Shown in pieces: positions 21,354 to 32,064 of a stretch of DNA of 64,000 nt (within the stretch, counting starts at the first letter, position 1; every line of letters begins with the position of its first letter). The notes under the pieces are model-generated. The model was not told where the DNA came from. It saw only the letters and a list, made by a program, of their open reading frames with translations, and did not search any database. The DNA lies in the NCBI GenBank assembly GCA_965237565.1, contig OZ250145.1:443529-507528 (forward strand), in the 5' to 3' direction. The position numbers and the translations under genes are program-made. This DNA comes from Bdellovibrionales bacterium (GTDB lineage: Bacteria > Bdellovibrionota > Bdellovibrionia > Bdellovibrionales > UBA1609).

Positions 21354-23263
21354 ATCTAGACGCAAAAATTCCCAAAGGACCCTTGAACGAAAAGTGGGAT
21401 CAACATCGTTTTGAGTTAAAATTGCTCAGCCCAGCAAATAGAAGGAAACATACTCTCATTGTTGTGGGAACGGGTTTGGCAGGGGCTTCCGCTTCAGCCA
21501 CCTTGGCTGAACTCGGGTACTTGGTGAAAACTTTTTGCATCCAAGATTCTCCTCGCAGAGCTCACTCCATTGCTGCCCAAGGAGGAATCAATGCAGCTAA
21601 GAATTACCCAGGAGACGGAGATTCCATCAAAAGATTGTTCTATGATACGATCAAAGGGGGTGATTTTCGTTCGCGTGAGGCCAATGTTTATCGCTTGGCC
21701 CAAATCTCAAACCACATTATTGATCATTGTGTAGCACAAGGGGTTCCTTTTGCCAGAGAGTATGGAGGCCTTCTAGACAATCGTTCATTCGGAGGTGCCC
21801 AGGTTTCTCGTACTTTTTATGCTAGAGGACAAACAGGACAACAACTTCTCCTAGGAGCCTATTCCGCTCTGATGAAACAGGTCTCGGCAAATCAAGTGCA
21901 GCTCTATCCTCGTCATGAGATGATGGATCTTGTGGTCTGTGAAGGTCGAGTGGTTGGAATCACAACAAGAAATTTGCTCACAGGAGAGATTGCTTCTCAT
22001 TCAGGCAGTGCCGTCGTTTTGGCTACAGGAGGCTATGGAAATGTTTATTTTCTATCCACAAACGCTCTTCATTCAAATGCGAGTGCAATTTGGAGATGCC
22101 ATAAAAGAGGAGCCTTCTTTGCAAACCCCTGCTTCACCCAAATTCATCCCACTTGCATCCCACGTTCTGGGCACTATCAATCCAAACTCACCTTGCTCTC
22201 TGAGTCCTTGAGAAATGAAGGTCGTATCTGGGTTCCAAAGAATAAAAAAGATTCTCGTTCTCCAAATGAAATTCCAGAAGAAGAAAGAGATTATTATCTA
22301 GAAAGACTTTATCCAAGCTTTGGAAACTTGGTTCCAAGAGACTTAGCTTCTCGCCAAGCCAAATTTCAGGTGGATGCAGGCTTTGGTGTGGGAGAATCCA
22401 AAGAAGCTGTTTATTTAGATTTCAGACAAGCGAAAGCTCATTTAGGAGAAAAAAAACTGAGTGAAAAATACGGAAATTTGTTTGAGATTTATGAAAAAAT
22501 TACAGGAGAAAATCCATACAAACAACCCATGCGGATTTATCCAGCTGTTCATTACACAATGGGGGGGTTGTGGGTGGATTACAATTTGGAGAGCAATCTC
22601 AAAGGACTTTTTGTCTTGGGAGAAGCCAATTTTTCCGATCATGGAGCCAATCGCTTGGGGGCTTCTGCTTTGATGCAAGGTCTCGCTGATGGGTACTTTA
22701 TCATTCCTTACACTCTTGCCAATCGTTTGGCTGGATCAAAACTTCCTTCTTCTCTGAAACAAAAAGAAGCCTTTGAAGAAAGTCGAGCCTTTGTCAAAGC
22801 TCAGACGCAAAAAGTTTTACAAACTAAAGGTCACAAAACGGTCAGTTCCATTCACCGTGAATTGGGAGATATCCTGTGGAACGAAGTGGGAATGGTGCGA
22901 AACGAAAAAGGTTTAAAAAAAGCTTCAAAAAAAATTACTTTTCTCCGAGAAAGTTTTTGGAAGGAAGTGAAAGTACCTGAAAATGAAAATTGTAAAAACG
23001 CAGAATTGGAAAAAGCTTTGCAAGTGGCTGATTTTTTGGAATTGGCTGAATTAATGATCCAAGACGCCCTTGCTCGGAAAGAATCCTGTGGCTCTCATTT
23101 TCGCACGGAACACCAAAATGTAGAATCAGAAGCTTTGAGAGATGATGAAAATTTTTGTCACGTTTCTTTGTGGCAGATGGAGGACAACAAAAAGAGTTGG
23201 AAATTTTTGAAAGAACCGCTCGTTTTCGAAGAAGTGCCTTTGAGTGTGAGGGATTATAAATAG
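21350..23263 (+). CDS. sdhA: succinate dehydrogenase flavoprotein subunit
   Basis: I start at TTG 21350 (TTGA overlap with the sdhC stop) rather than the track start 21275, which lies inside sdh[15 protein letters not shown]-linkage [22 protein letters not shown]. Confidence 0.95.
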   Translation: MNLDAKIPKGPLNEKWDQHRFELKLLSPANRRKHTLIVVGTGLAGASASATLAELGYLVKTFCIQDSPRRAHSIAAQGGINAAKNYPGDGDSIKRLFYDTIKGGDFRSREANVYRLAQISNHIIDHCVAQGVPFAREYGGLLDNRSFGGAQVSRTFYARGQTGQQLLLGAYSALMKQVSANQVQLYPRHEMMDLVVCEGRVVGITTRNLLTGEIASHSGSAVVLATGGYGNVYFLSTNALHSNASAIWRCHKRGAFFANPCFTQIHPTCIPRSGHYQSKLTLLSESLRNEGRIWVPKNKKDSRSPNEIPEEERDYYLERLYPSFGNLVPRDLASRQAKFQVDAGFGVGESKEAVYLDFRQAKAHLGEKKLSEKYGNLFEIYEKITGENPYKQPMRIYPAVHYTMGGLWVDYNLESNLKGLFVLGEANFSDHGANRLGASALMQGLADGYFIIPYTLANRLAGSKLPSSLKQKEAFEESRAFVKAQTQKVLQTKGHKTVSSIHRELGDILWNEVGMVRNEKGLKKASKKITFLRESFWKEVKVPENENCKNAELEKALQVADFLELAELMIQDALARKESCGSHFRTEHQNVESEALRDDENFCHVSLWQMEDNKKSWKFLKEPLVFEEVPLSVRDYK

Positions 23264-23272
23264 GAGGTTAGA

Positions 23273-24019
23273 ATGGTCGTGCAGTTAAAAATTTGGAGGC
23301 AGAAGAATTCTCAAAGCAAAGGAGGCTTTGAAACCTATGTTGTTGAAGATCTCTCTCCGGATATGTCTTTTTTGGAAGCGCTAGACCAGTTGAATGAGAA
23401 ATTAATCTTGCAAGGTGAAATCCCAGTGGCTTTTGATCACGATTGCAGGGAAGGAATTTGTGGAGCTTGTTCCTTGGTTGTGAATGGCAGTCCTCAAGGC
23501 CCAGAAAAAGCCTCTGCGGTTTGCCAATTATTTATGAGGTCTTTTAAAGATCAAGAAGAAATATGGGTAGAACCTTTTCGGGCGAAGGCTTTTCCTGTGA
23601 TTCAAGATTTGATGGTGGATCGTTCTGCTTTGGATCGCATTATGTCTCGTGGGGGTTATATTTCTGTAAAAGCAGAATCTGCACCAGAAGCACATAGCCA
23701 GTTAGTGAAAAAAGAGACAGCAGAAAAAGCTTTTTCCTTTTCATCTTGTATTGGTTGCGGGGCTTGCGTAGCTGTTTGTAAAAATGCTTCGGCCAATTTA
23801 TTTGTTGCGGCTAAGCTTGCCCATTTGGCTCTTTTGCCTCAGGGACAAACAGAAAGAAGAAAAAGAACCCTTGCAATGACAGAACAAATGCAAAAAGAAG
23901 GGTTTGGATCTTGTACCAATACAGGAGCTTGTTCCAGAGCTTGTCCCAAAGAGATCTCCATTCAATCTATTGCGTTTATGAACAAGGAATATTTAAAATC
24001 TCAATTCACATCAGACTGA
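23273..24019 (+). CDS. sdhB: succinate dehydrogenase iron-sulfur subunit
   Basis: 248 aa with three Cys clusters: CREGICGACS, CIGCGACVAVC, CTNTGACSRACP. Confidence 0.93.
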   Translation: MVVQLKIWRQKNSQSKGGFETYVVEDLSPDMSFLEALDQLNEKLILQGEIPVAFDHDCREGICGACSLVVNGSPQGPEKASAVCQLFMRSFKDQEEIWVEPFRAKAFPVIQDLMVDRSALDRIMSRGGYISVKAESAPEAHSQLVKKETAEKAFSFSSCIGCGACVAVCKNASANLFVAAKLAHLALLPQGQTERRKRTLAMTEQMQKEGFGSCTNTGACSRACPKEISIQSIAFMNKEYLKSQFTSD

Positions 24020-24684
24020 ATCACTTCAATGTATGTGTTTGCTATAGAAATTAGATCCCCAGGGTTTAAAATTTTTTTGGATAGTGATTTTTTGTTCACC
24101 AGAACTTTTTCTGGATAGCGAGTTTTAAACAAAACTCCGCTTTGTCTTGGATGCAAGGAAAAACAGATGGCCGGAGCAAGAGGATCCAAGATTGGTAAAT
24201 CTAAGGAAGCTGATCCCACCTCTCTGGGGCCATAGTGCAAAGACCACACTTGTGATTTTTGTATTCCTGATTGAATTTTAAGAACCAAAGGAGGATGGAT
24301 GCTTTTCATTTCCACCTTTTGATTCGAAAGCAGTGGAAGATGAAATTTTAGTTCTTTTTCTATCAAAAAGGGCCATTGCTTTTTCTTATCAGGTTTTTTC
24401 TGTGAGGGCTCTACTCGAAAACGAGTTCTTCCTATTCGAAACTCAAGTTTCGGTTTTAGGATAAAAAAATCATCTATTTTCTCGTCTACATAAGTTCCAT
24501 TTTTGGAATTGAGATCTTTTAAATAAAATCTTGTTTTTTTTTTGACAATTTCAGCATGAGGAGAAGAGACTTTTAGATCTTGAATGATGATATTTCCTTT
24601 TTTTTTCGATCGGCTGAAAACAAACCCTTCCTTGACAGGAATCTGTTTTCCCTTTTGTGAACCATTCAAAATTTGTATTTTCAT
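24001..24684 (-). CDS. FHA-domain protein (N-terminal FHA plus a second FHA-like C-terminal module)
   Basis: 227 aa. VSSPHAEIVKKKTRFYLKDLNSKNGTYVDEKI...FRIGRTRFRV is an FHA core. The C-terminal GPREVGSAS...LFKTRYPEKVLVNKKSL...GDLISIANTYIEV is a second FHA-like module. Its 3' end overlaps sdhB by 19 nt (convergent). Confidence 0.7.
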   Translation of the reverse strand: MKIQILNGSQKGKQIPVKEGFVFSRSKKKGNIIIQDLKVSSPHAEIVKKKTRFYLKDLNSKNGTYVDEKIDDFFILKPKLEFRIGRTRFRVEPSQKKPDKKKQWPFLIEKELKFHLPLLSNQKVEMKSIHPPLVLKIQSGIQKSQVWSLHYGPREVGSASLDLPILDPLAPAICFSLHPRQSGVLFKTRYPEKVLVNKKSLSKKILNPGDLISIANTYIEVIQSDVN

Positions 24685-24792
24685 TTGTCTTTTGTATTAT
24701 ATCGCAAGCTTGGCTGATAAGGCTTGCCGATTTCTACCCTCCGTGTTAAAAGTCGACCTCTTCTAAAGGGGTTTTATCGGGGAATAAAAAAA

Positions 24793-25230
24793 ATGGCAAG
24801 AAGTGTTTCTCTATCAAACTATGAGTCTGTTTTGGTCATGGATCCTTCACTCGGGGAAAAAGACCAAAAAGCTTTCTTTCAGAAAATCAAAGAGGTGATT
24901 CAGTCTTTTAAAGGTCGTATTCATCATGTAGATAGTTGGGGGATTCGGAAGTTGGCGAATCAAAACAAAAAAAAAATCGCCCAAGGACTTTATTTCCATT
25001 TTTCTTTCCAGAGCCTCGGAGGAGTGATTGTGGAGTTGAGACGTCGTATCAGAATGAATGACCAAGTCATTTACCATCATTTCGAAAAGTTGAGCGAGGG
25101 AAAGGATCTAGAAGAACATCTGAAAGATTTTCGTCAGCTCATAGAAGAGTCCATTAGCAAAGAAAAAGAGCGCTTGGAAAGAATCCAACAAAAACGAAAA
25201 GTTTTTGTTCCAAAGAGAATAGGAAATTAG
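24793..25230 (+). CDS. rpsF: 30S ribosomal protein S6
   Basis: I start at ATG 24793 (MARSVSLSNYESVLVMDPSL...), inside the longer track ORF. S6-type N-terminus with an acidic/basic C-terminal tail. Confidence 0.88.
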   Translation: MARSVSLSNYESVLVMDPSLGEKDQKAFFQKIKEVIQSFKGRIHHVDSWGIRKLANQNKKKIAQGLYFHFSFQSLGGVIVELRRRIRMNDQVIYHHFEKLSEGKDLEEHLKDFRQLIEESISKEKERLERIQQKRKVFVPKRIGN

Positions 25231-25234
25231 CGAG

Positions 25235-25711
25235 ATGCAAATTATTTTACAAAAAGACGTTAAAAACTTGGGTTCTGTGGGGGACGTGGTATCGGTAAAA
25301 AAAGGTTATGCTCGTCATTTTCTTTTTCCCAAAAAATGGGCGATCCCATTTACGAAAGCGAAGCAAGCGGAGTTGTTGCACCGCCAAAAAGTAATAGAAG
25401 CAAAGAAGAAGAAGGCTCTCAAACTTCGTCAAAAATTGATTAAGGAGATCAACACCCTAACACTTCATTTCATAAAAGAGGCTGACAGTTCTGGTTATTT
25501 ATTTGGTTCTGTAACCGCTTTTGCCATCTCTCAGGAGTTTGAAAAAAAAGGTTATGAAGTAGATAAAAAATTTATTCAATTACCTGCCCCTTTGAAAAAG
25601 GATGGAGAACATTGTGTGCTCTTGGACTTGGGAGATGGGATCAAGACGGAAATAAAAATCTTGATCGAAGCGCATGTACCAAAAAAGAAGAAAGAACTGA
25701 GTAAAGATTAG
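25235..25711 (+). CDS. rplI: 50S ribosomal protein L9
   Basis: 158 aa. MQIILQKDVKNLGSVGDVVSVKKGYARHFLFPKKWA is the canonical L9 N-terminus. Confidence 0.92.
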   Translation: MQIILQKDVKNLGSVGDVVSVKKGYARHFLFPKKWAIPFTKAKQAELLHRQKVIEAKKKKALKLRQKLIKEINTLTLHFIKEADSSGYLFGSVTAFAISQEFEKKGYEVDKKFIQLPAPLKKDGEHCVLLDLGDGIKTEIKILIEAHVPKKKKELSKD

Positions 25712-25753
25712 GAACAGATAACGAATAAATAAAAACAGGTACGAGCATCCGAA

Positions 25754-27133
25754 TTAAAAAGCGGGAGCTGTTGGGGCGGGAGCCTCATTTTCATTAGGAA
25801 TGTTGTTATCAAAGTGTCCAAAAATGGGATTCCATTTTAAGTTGACCGTACCTGTGGGACCATTTCTGTGCTTGCTTAGGATGATTTCAGCTTCTCCCTT
25901 CTTACTGCTTTCTTTATTGTAATAATCGTCTCGGTAAAGCATCATAATTAAATCAGCATCTTGTTCAATGGAGCCGGATTCTCTGAGGTCAGAAAGTAAA
26001 GGTCGGCGATTGGTTCTTGCCTCTACTCCTCGATTCAATTGCGACAAAGCTATCACGGGCAATTCTAATTCTTTGGCCATGGATTTTAAAAGTTTTGAAA
26101 TTTCAGAAACTTCTCTTTCTCGACTCTCCATGGAGCTTTTCAAACTCATCAATTGTAAATAGTCTACGATCAAAAGGTCCAGTCCGTGACGAGCCTTTAG
26201 TCTTCTTGCTCGCGAACGAATCTCAAAGGGAGAAATGGAAGAAGAATCATCAATAAAAAATTGCACTTCATTGAGCTTTGAAGCAGCTTGAACTACTTGG
26301 TCCCAATTTTGAGCAGACATTTGTCCAGTACGCAAATTGGAAAGGGGAATACGTCCAGCCAGAGAGAGCAGTCTCATGAGTACTTGCTCATTGGCCATTT
26401 CAATGGAAAAAAAAGCTATTTTTTTATTATCGAGGCTTGCCGACAATGCAATGTTCAAACTAAGAGCCGTTTTTCCCATAGAAGGTCTGGCTGCAATCAC
26501 AGTAAATTCCCCTGGCTGAAATCCAGAGGTTAGGTAATCCAGTTCAGTGAAAGAAGAAGAAATTCCTGTCACTCCCAATTTTTTTTGGGACATCTCCTCT
26601 AGCCATTCAAGACCTTGTTTGACTAGCACATTGACTGGCAAAAGTTCTTTTTGTCCAAATTGATGGGTCAGTGTAAAAAGCTCTTTTTCTAAAGAATCAA
26701 TGAAGGCATCTATGCGATCAAAGTCTTGGGAAAAGGCTCTTCGTCTAAATTCAGAGCAAAGTTGGATCACGGTCCTCAACAAAGCCTTTTCACGAATGAT
26801 ATGAGAACACTCTTTCACACTAATGGCAGAGCTACTCTCTTCTATTAACTCGGCCAAGTAGGAATGGCCTCCAATGCTTTCCAATTTTTGTTGTTTTTTT
26901 AATTCTTCAGAGATAGCTAGGATGTCACCGTAGCTCCCGTTCTTGTAAATTTTCTCCATGCAATAAAAAATTTCTTGATGAGAATTTTTATAAAAATCCG
27001 AGGGCTTCAGGAATTCCATCACGAGGTCCCAGATTTTTTGTTCTCCCAGCAACAAAGCCCCTAGAAGGAAGCGTTCTCCCTCGACAGAAGAGGGAAGGGT
27101 GAGTTGATTTTTTAGATCTTTTGTCTGGAACAT
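25754..27133 (-). CDS. dnaB: replicative DNA helicase DnaB
   Basis: 459 aa. N-terminal PSSVEGERFLLGALL, Walker A AARPSMGKTALSLN, LIVDYLQLM, ALSQLNRGVE. Confidence 0.96.
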   Translation of the reverse strand: MFQTKDLKNQLTLPSSVEGERFLLGALLLGEQKIWDLVMEFLKPSDFYKNSHQEIFYCMEKIYKNGSYGDILAISEELKKQQKLESIGGHSYLAELIEESSSAISVKECSHIIREKALLRTVIQLCSEFRRRAFSQDFDRIDAFIDSLEKELFTLTHQFGQKELLPVNVLVKQGLEWLEEMSQKKLGVTGISSSFTELDYLTSGFQPGEFTVIAARPSMGKTALSLNIALSASLDNKKIAFFSIEMANEQVLMRLLSLAGRIPLSNLRTGQMSAQNWDQVVQAASKLNEVQFFIDDSSSISPFEIRSRARRLKARHGLDLLIVDYLQLMSLKSSMESREREVSEISKLLKSMAKELELPVIALSQLNRGVEARTNRRPLLSDLRESGSIEQDADLIMMLYRDDYYNKESSKKGEAEIILSKHRNGPTGTVNLKWNPIFGHFDNNIPNENEAPAPTAPAF

Positions 27134-27217
27134 GATTCCCCGAATATATACAATGAATTGATTTTTAAAAGAAATAAAATAAACTTTTTTTATTTTCTAA
27201 ATCTATAATCATTTTAA

Positions 27218-27252
27218 TTACTTAAGTAATAACCAGAGAAATATTTCTCTGG
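27218..27252. promoter_or_regulatory. two adjacent perfect palindromes in the dnaB/ftsK divergent promoter region
   Basis: TTACTTAAGTAA (27218-27229) followed 3 nt later by CCAGAGAAATATTTCTCTGG (27233-27252). Both are exact inverted repeats. Confidence 0.3.
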
Positions 27253-27405
27253 CAAAAAAGTGAAAAAATCCAATTCACTTGATTTAGGGAAATCAATCTT
27301 CAGGCAAGCAAATGAATCCTTAGAGCTTTCAAAATTCCCTTCTTCATTGAGCTTTTTAAAAAATATGGACTTTTATTCATAATCTTCTTTTTCTACACTA
27401 TTCCT

Positions 27406-29712
27406 ATGAAGCTTTCCTTCTATGGTTATCGTGCTGATATTTTTGGTTTGTTTTGGTTGGCAACGGCTCTTTTTTTGGGGCTCGCCTTAGCCAGTTACAA
27501 TCCCTTAGACCCTTCTTTTAATTCTATTGGTTCTTCCTTAGAGGTTCAGAACAAGTGTGGCTACTTGGGTTCTTTTCTCTCAGACCTTTTGTACCAATTA
27601 TTTGGCTGGGGGGCTTGGGTTTTCGTTATCATTTCTTTCAATAACTCTGTGATCGCTTTTCAAAGACGAATGGTTAGTGAGAGTGTATGGAAGCATGCTT
27701 TTTTAATGATGGGAAGTGTTTTCACTGCTTCTTCTCTTTTTGAACTTCATCAACCGGGAAAAGAATTGTTTCAAGGACATATCAGTTCCGGAGGCCTTCT
27801 AGGGCATTTTGTGATTGAGAATGCGAGTCCATACTTGCATTTCGCCGGTCTCTTTCTTTTTCTCTGGTCGCTCATTTTGATTTTGTTTGTGCTTTACACA
27901 AGAAGATCGCTAGCAACCATTTTCATGAGAAATTTTAAAGCTCTAAAAATTTTACTCTACTACATAGGAGTTCGACTTCCCTATTGGTTCGGGCAAGTAT
28001 TCCATTGGTCTAAAAATGTGGCTATGTTTATTTGGTTAAAACCCAAAGGGATTTCCCCTCAAAAAAAAGATATGGACATGGAAGGAGACCCTCTTTCTGA
28101 AGGGGAAAAAGAGGTCAGTCTATTTTTTGATGAAGAGAAAGATTCATCCGAGAATTTCGAAAACGCACTCAATCAAGATTCTTCACTCTCTCTCCAGAGT
28201 CCTTTGTCTGCCAAGGGATGGAATCTTCCCTCTACCCGTTTGCTCTCTGCTCCTGCTATGCGGTTTTTAAAATTAGATAAAAAAGAAAAAGAGGAAGAAC
28301 AAGAGAATGCCGAAAGGTTAATAAATAAACTTTCTCAATTTTCCATTATGGGAGAGATCACTGATATTCATTCAGGTCCTGTCATTACTTTATTTGAATT
28401 CAAGCCTGAAGATCATATCAAAGTGGCTCGTATCACACAGATGGAAGATGATTTAATGATCGCTTTAAAAAGTGAATCCATTCGCATCATTGCTCCTATC
28501 CCTGGAAGAGATGTGGTGGGGATTGAAACTGCTCACAAAAATAGACAAAAGGTATATCTCAAAACTCTCCTAGAAGAATCAAGTTTGTGGAAAAAAGATT
28601 TGAAGCTACCTTTAGTTTTGGGCCGGACTGTAGATGGCCAACCGGCAATCATGGACTTACAAAGCGTTCCTCACTTGATGGTCGCTGGATCCACAGGTTC
28701 CGGGAAATCAGTTTTTATCATCTCTTTTATTTTAAGTCTTTTGTTTCGTTATTCTCCGAAGCAGTTACGATTTTTGATTATAGATCCCAAACGAGTGGAT
28801 CTAAGTATTTTTGAAAATCTACCTCATCTTCTTTCTCCTCCCATTCAGGATTCGAAGTCTACAGTTTTGGCCTTGAAATGGTGTTTGAGCGAAATGCAAA
28901 AACGTTATCATTCTATCAGTCGTTTTCAGGTGCGAGACTTGGAATCTTTTAATGAAAAGGTAAAAAAATTGAAACGCAAAGAGATTGAAGAGTATCAAAG
29001 AATCAATGAGACGAAAGAGGATAATTATTACTTTTCTCATCAGCCTTACATTTGCGTGATTCTAGAAGAATTTGGTGACTTGATGAGTTCTCCTGAAAAG
29101 ATGCAGATCGAAAACTCTGTCGTGCGCTTGGCTCAAATGGCCAGAGCTTGTGGCATTCATTTAATTTTATCTATGCAAAGCCCTCGAAAAGATATTGTAA
29201 CGGGTTTAATAAAAACAAATATTTCCGGCCGGATTAGTTTTAAAGTATCCTCTCGCATTGATTCTCGGATCATACTGGGTGAAGGAGGAGCCGAAAGATT
29301 GTTATCAAAAGGAGATATGCTTTATCTTGGCTCCGGCCAAGCACGTCCTGAAAGATACCATGCTCCTTTTGTAAAAGAAAAAGAAGTGGAAAATGTGGTA
29401 AAATTTTGGGAAGCTCAAGCTAAGGGAATTTCCTCTCCTTCTCTTTTTGATTTAGAAAAAAGAGAATCTTTCGATCTTTTTAACACTTCCTTTTCAGATC
29501 AAGAGGATCAGAAATATAAGGAGATTTTTGATTATGTTTCCCAACTAAAGCAAGTGAGTGCTTCTCTCTTGCAGAGAAAATACGGTTTGGGCTACCCTCG
29601 TGCGGCTAGATTGATTGATCGTTTTGAAGCAGAGGGATTGGTGGGGCCAGCCAAGGGGAGCAAACCCAGAGAGGTTTTGCTTTCCTCAAGCGGAGCAGCT
29701 CTGAAAAGATGA
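27406..29712 (+). CDS. ftsK: DNA translocase FtsK
   Basis: 768 aa. N-terminal TM helices, a linker, the motor domain with Walker A VAGSTGSGKSVFI, and a C-terminal gamma winged-helix (LLQRKYGLGYPRAARLIDRFEAEG). Confidence 0.95.
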   Translation: MKLSFYGYRADIFGLFWLATALFLGLALASYNPLDPSFNSIGSSLEVQNKCGYLGSFLSDLLYQLFGWGAWVFVIISFNNSVIAFQRRMVSESVWKHAFLMMGSVFTASSLFELHQPGKELFQGHISSGGLLGHFVIENASPYLHFAGLFLFLWSLILILFVLYTRRSLATIFMRNFKALKILLYYIGVRLPYWFGQVFHWSKNVAMFIWLKPKGISPQKKDMDMEGDPLSEGEKEVSLFFDEEKDSSENFENALNQDSSLSLQSPLSAKGWNLPSTRLLSAPAMRFLKLDKKEKEEEQENAERLINKLSQFSIMGEITDIHSGPVITLFEFKPEDHIKVARITQMEDDLMIALKSESIRIIAPIPGRDVVGIETAHKNRQKVYLKTLLEESSLWKKDLKLPLVLGRTVDGQPAIMDLQSVPHLMVAGSTGSGKSVFIISFILSLLFRYSPKQLRFLIIDPKRVDLSIFENLPHLLSPPIQDSKSTVLALKWCLSEMQKRYHSISRFQVRDLESFNEKVKKLKRKEIEEYQRINETKEDNYYFSHQPYICVILEEFGDLMSSPEKMQIENSVVRLAQMARACGIHLILSMQSPRKDIVTGLIKTNISGRISFKVSSRIDSRIILGEGGAERLLSKGDMLYLGSGQARPERYHAPFVKEKEVENVVKFWEAQAKGISSPSLFDLEKRESFDLFNTSFSDQEDQKYKEIFDYVSQLKQVSASLLQRKYGLGYPRAARLIDRFEAEGLVGPAKGSKPREVLLSSSGAALKR

Positions 29713-29815
29713 GGTTTTCATTTTCTCGTGTGAGAATGTATAAATCCTATAGACAGCGAGCCTTTTTTAGAAATAGTGTCTGAACACTCTAAAGAAAAAC
29801 GAGAGCATTTTAACA

Positions 29816-30697
29816 ATGAAAAAATTTGAAGGCATCATCACGGCATTGGCGACTCCTTTCTGGAAAGGGGAGTTGGATAAAGCCTCCTTTATAAAATTGT
29901 TGCATTTTCAGATGGAACAAAAAGTGAGTGCTTTTGTCATCAATGGCACAACAGCAGAAAGTCCTTGTCTTTCTGAAAAAGAAGTGGAGTTGCTTTTTTC
30001 TTGGGCCAAAGTGGAAACGGCCGGACAAGTTCCATTGATTTTGGGTGCAGGAGGCAATTGCACGAAAAAAACGCTTGAAAAAATAAAAAATTGGCAAAAG
30101 TTTTGTCCAGATGCTTTTTTAACAGTTGTTCCTTATTATAATCGCCCTCCACAAAGAGGTTTGGTTCACCATTTTAAGGAATTGGCTGATGTGAGTGAAG
30201 TGCCGCTCATCCTATATAACGTCCCCATTCGTACTTCCATTAATATTTCGATTGGATCTTTACAGGAGCTTTCCTCTCACTCGAACATTGTAGCCATCAA
30301 GGAGGCCTCTGCGGATTTTGATTTTGCTAAACAAATTTTAAAAAAGTGCCCTTCTGATTTTTTATTATTGAGTGGGGATGATGAAACAGTCTTGGAACTT
30401 TGTGAACTGGGTGCTTGCGGAGGTATTTGTGTGGTTTCTCACATTTTGGGAAGTTATCTTCGTGAGTTATTGAATAAGATAAAAAAATCAGAAAAAAATA
30501 TTCCTTGGCTTTATAAAGAAAAGTATAACACTCTTTTAAAAATTCTTTATTCTGAGAGCAATCCGATTGGAATAAAAATGGCTTTGCAACTGATGGGAAT
30601 TTTTCGTTCCGCAGAAATGAGAAGCCCTCTTTCAATTTTGCCAGAGCAGAAAACTCAGATTTTAAAAGAGCAATTAAAAAAGGTTGAATTGTTATGA
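29816..30697 (+). CDS. dapA: 4-hydroxy-tetrahydrodipicolinate synthase
   Basis: 293 aa. ITALATPF, INGTTAES, LYNVPIRT, Schiff-base lysine in VAIKEAS. Confidence 0.92.
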   Translation: MKKFEGIITALATPFWKGELDKASFIKLLHFQMEQKVSAFVINGTTAESPCLSEKEVELLFSWAKVETAGQVPLILGAGGNCTKKTLEKIKNWQKFCPDAFLTVVPYYNRPPQRGLVHHFKELADVSEVPLILYNVPIRTSINISIGSLQELSSHSNIVAIKEASADFDFAKQILKKCPSDFLLLSGDDETVLELCELGACGGICVVSHILGSYLRELLNKIKKSEKNIPWLYKEKYNTLLKILYSESNPIGIKMALQLMGIFRSAEMRSPLSILPEQKTQILKEQLKKVELL

Positions 30698-31401
30698 AGA
30701 CAAAGAAAACTTTTTACCTTGCCCTAAGCGGAGCTTCTGGTCGTATGGGGCTTTCCATTCAAAAGCTTTGTAGAAGAAAAGGAAGTAAAATTCGTATTCT
30801 TTTTACTCTCTCTAGGAAGCAAGCAGATTTAAAAAATTGGAATCCAAAGCAAATCAATGGAGTGATTGATTTTTCGGCCCCAGAGATTTTTGATCAAGTT
30901 ATAAACTGGTGTGTGCAAAATAAAAAACCCTTTGTGAGCGGAACAACGGGCTTGAGCATCGTTCAAAGAAAATCTTTGCGAATGATTAGTAAAAAGATTC
31001 CTATTTTTTATGAAGAGAATATGAGCTTTGGAATTTGGATGATAAAGCGCTGGATAGAGAGTTTTTCTGAAAGCTCTATAAAAATTTTATTGGAAGATAT
31101 TCATCACAAAGGGAAAAAAGACAAACCTAGTGGAACAGCTTTGAAATTGATGAGAAGTTTTCCTTCTTTTGTTCAAAAACAAATCAAAGTTCGAAGTATT
31201 CGAAAGGGAGAAGAGTTCGGTACTCATCGGATTTGCTTCAAAAGTTTGGGAGAGCAAATTACTTTGGAACATAAAGCTTTGGATCGGACTCTCTTTGCTA
31301 GGGGAGCATTGAAAGCGTTAGAATGGCTTGTTACAAAAAAGGCTGGACTTTATGGTTTGGATGATCTTTATGGAGATGTAAAAAGAGGAAAATTGAAATG
31401 A
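30694..31401 (+). CDS. dapB: 4-hydroxy-tetrahydrodipicolinate reductase (short form)
   Basis: 235 aa. LSGASGRMG, IDFSAPE, VSGTTGL, E..HHKGKKDKPSGTA. Overlaps dapA and the next gene by 4 nt each. Confidence 0.85.
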   Translation: MKTKKTFYLALSGASGRMGLSIQKLCRRKGSKIRILFTLSRKQADLKNWNPKQINGVIDFSAPEIFDQVINWCVQNKKPFVSGTTGLSIVQRKSLRMISKKIPIFYEENMSFGIWMIKRWIESFSESSIKILLEDIHHKGKKDKPSGTALKLMRSFPSFVQKQIKVRSIRKGEEFGTHRICFKSLGEQITLEHKALDRTLFARGALKALEWLVTKKAGLYGLDDLYGDVKRGKLK

Positions 31402-32048
31402 AATTTTTTGTTGATTCAGCTAATCTGACAGAAATTAAAAAAATAAAATCTGATTTTTTGTTAGATGGAGTGACCACTAATCCTTCCTTGGTGGCAAAAT
31501 CTGGAGAAGAACAATATAAGGTAATCCGAGCCATTTGTGAAGAAGTAAAGGGTCCGGTGAGTGCAGAAGTTCTTTCTACTGATGCGGATGGTATGTATAA
31601 GGAGGCCCATCAACTAGCCGGAATTCACGAACAAGTAGTGGTCAAGCTCCCTTTAACAAAAGAAGGCTTGCTCACTACTCGCAAGTTATTTTTGGAAGAA
31701 AAAATAAAAACCAATCTCACTTTGTGTTTTTCAGCTCTTCAAGCTTTGTCGGCAGCTAAGGCAGGAGCTACGATGGTTTCCATTTTTGTCGGACGCTTGG
31801 ATGACATCGGCTTGAAAGGAATGGAAATTGTAGACCAAGTAATCAATATGTTTGCTTATTACGAGTTTGACACAGAGATTTTGGTAGCCAGTGTTCGTCA
31901 CAGCTTTCATGTTTTAGAAGCTGCAAATCTGGGAGCAGATATTGTTACAATTCCTCCTTCTTTGTTTCCCAAACTTATAGAGCATCCTCTTACCAATATA
32001 GGATTGGATCAATTTTTAAAATCTGCAAATCTTTCACAAAGAAAATGA
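31398..32048 (+). CDS. fructose-6-phosphate aldolase / transaldolase (short TalC/Fsa family)
   Basis: 216 aa. MKFFVDSANLTEIKK...DGVTTNPSL, catalytic Lys region VVVKLPLT, FVGRLDD. Confidence 0.9.
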   Translation: MKFFVDSANLTEIKKIKSDFLLDGVTTNPSLVAKSGEEQYKVIRAICEEVKGPVSAEVLSTDADGMYKEAHQLAGIHEQVVVKLPLTKEGLLTTRKLFLEEKIKTNLTLCFSALQALSAAKAGATMVSIFVGRLDDIGLKGMEIVDQVINMFAYYEFDTEILVASVRHSFHVLEAANLGADIVTIPPSLFPKLIEHPLTNIGLDQFLKSANLSQRK

Positions 32049-32064
32049 ATCTTTCTTTTTTGTG

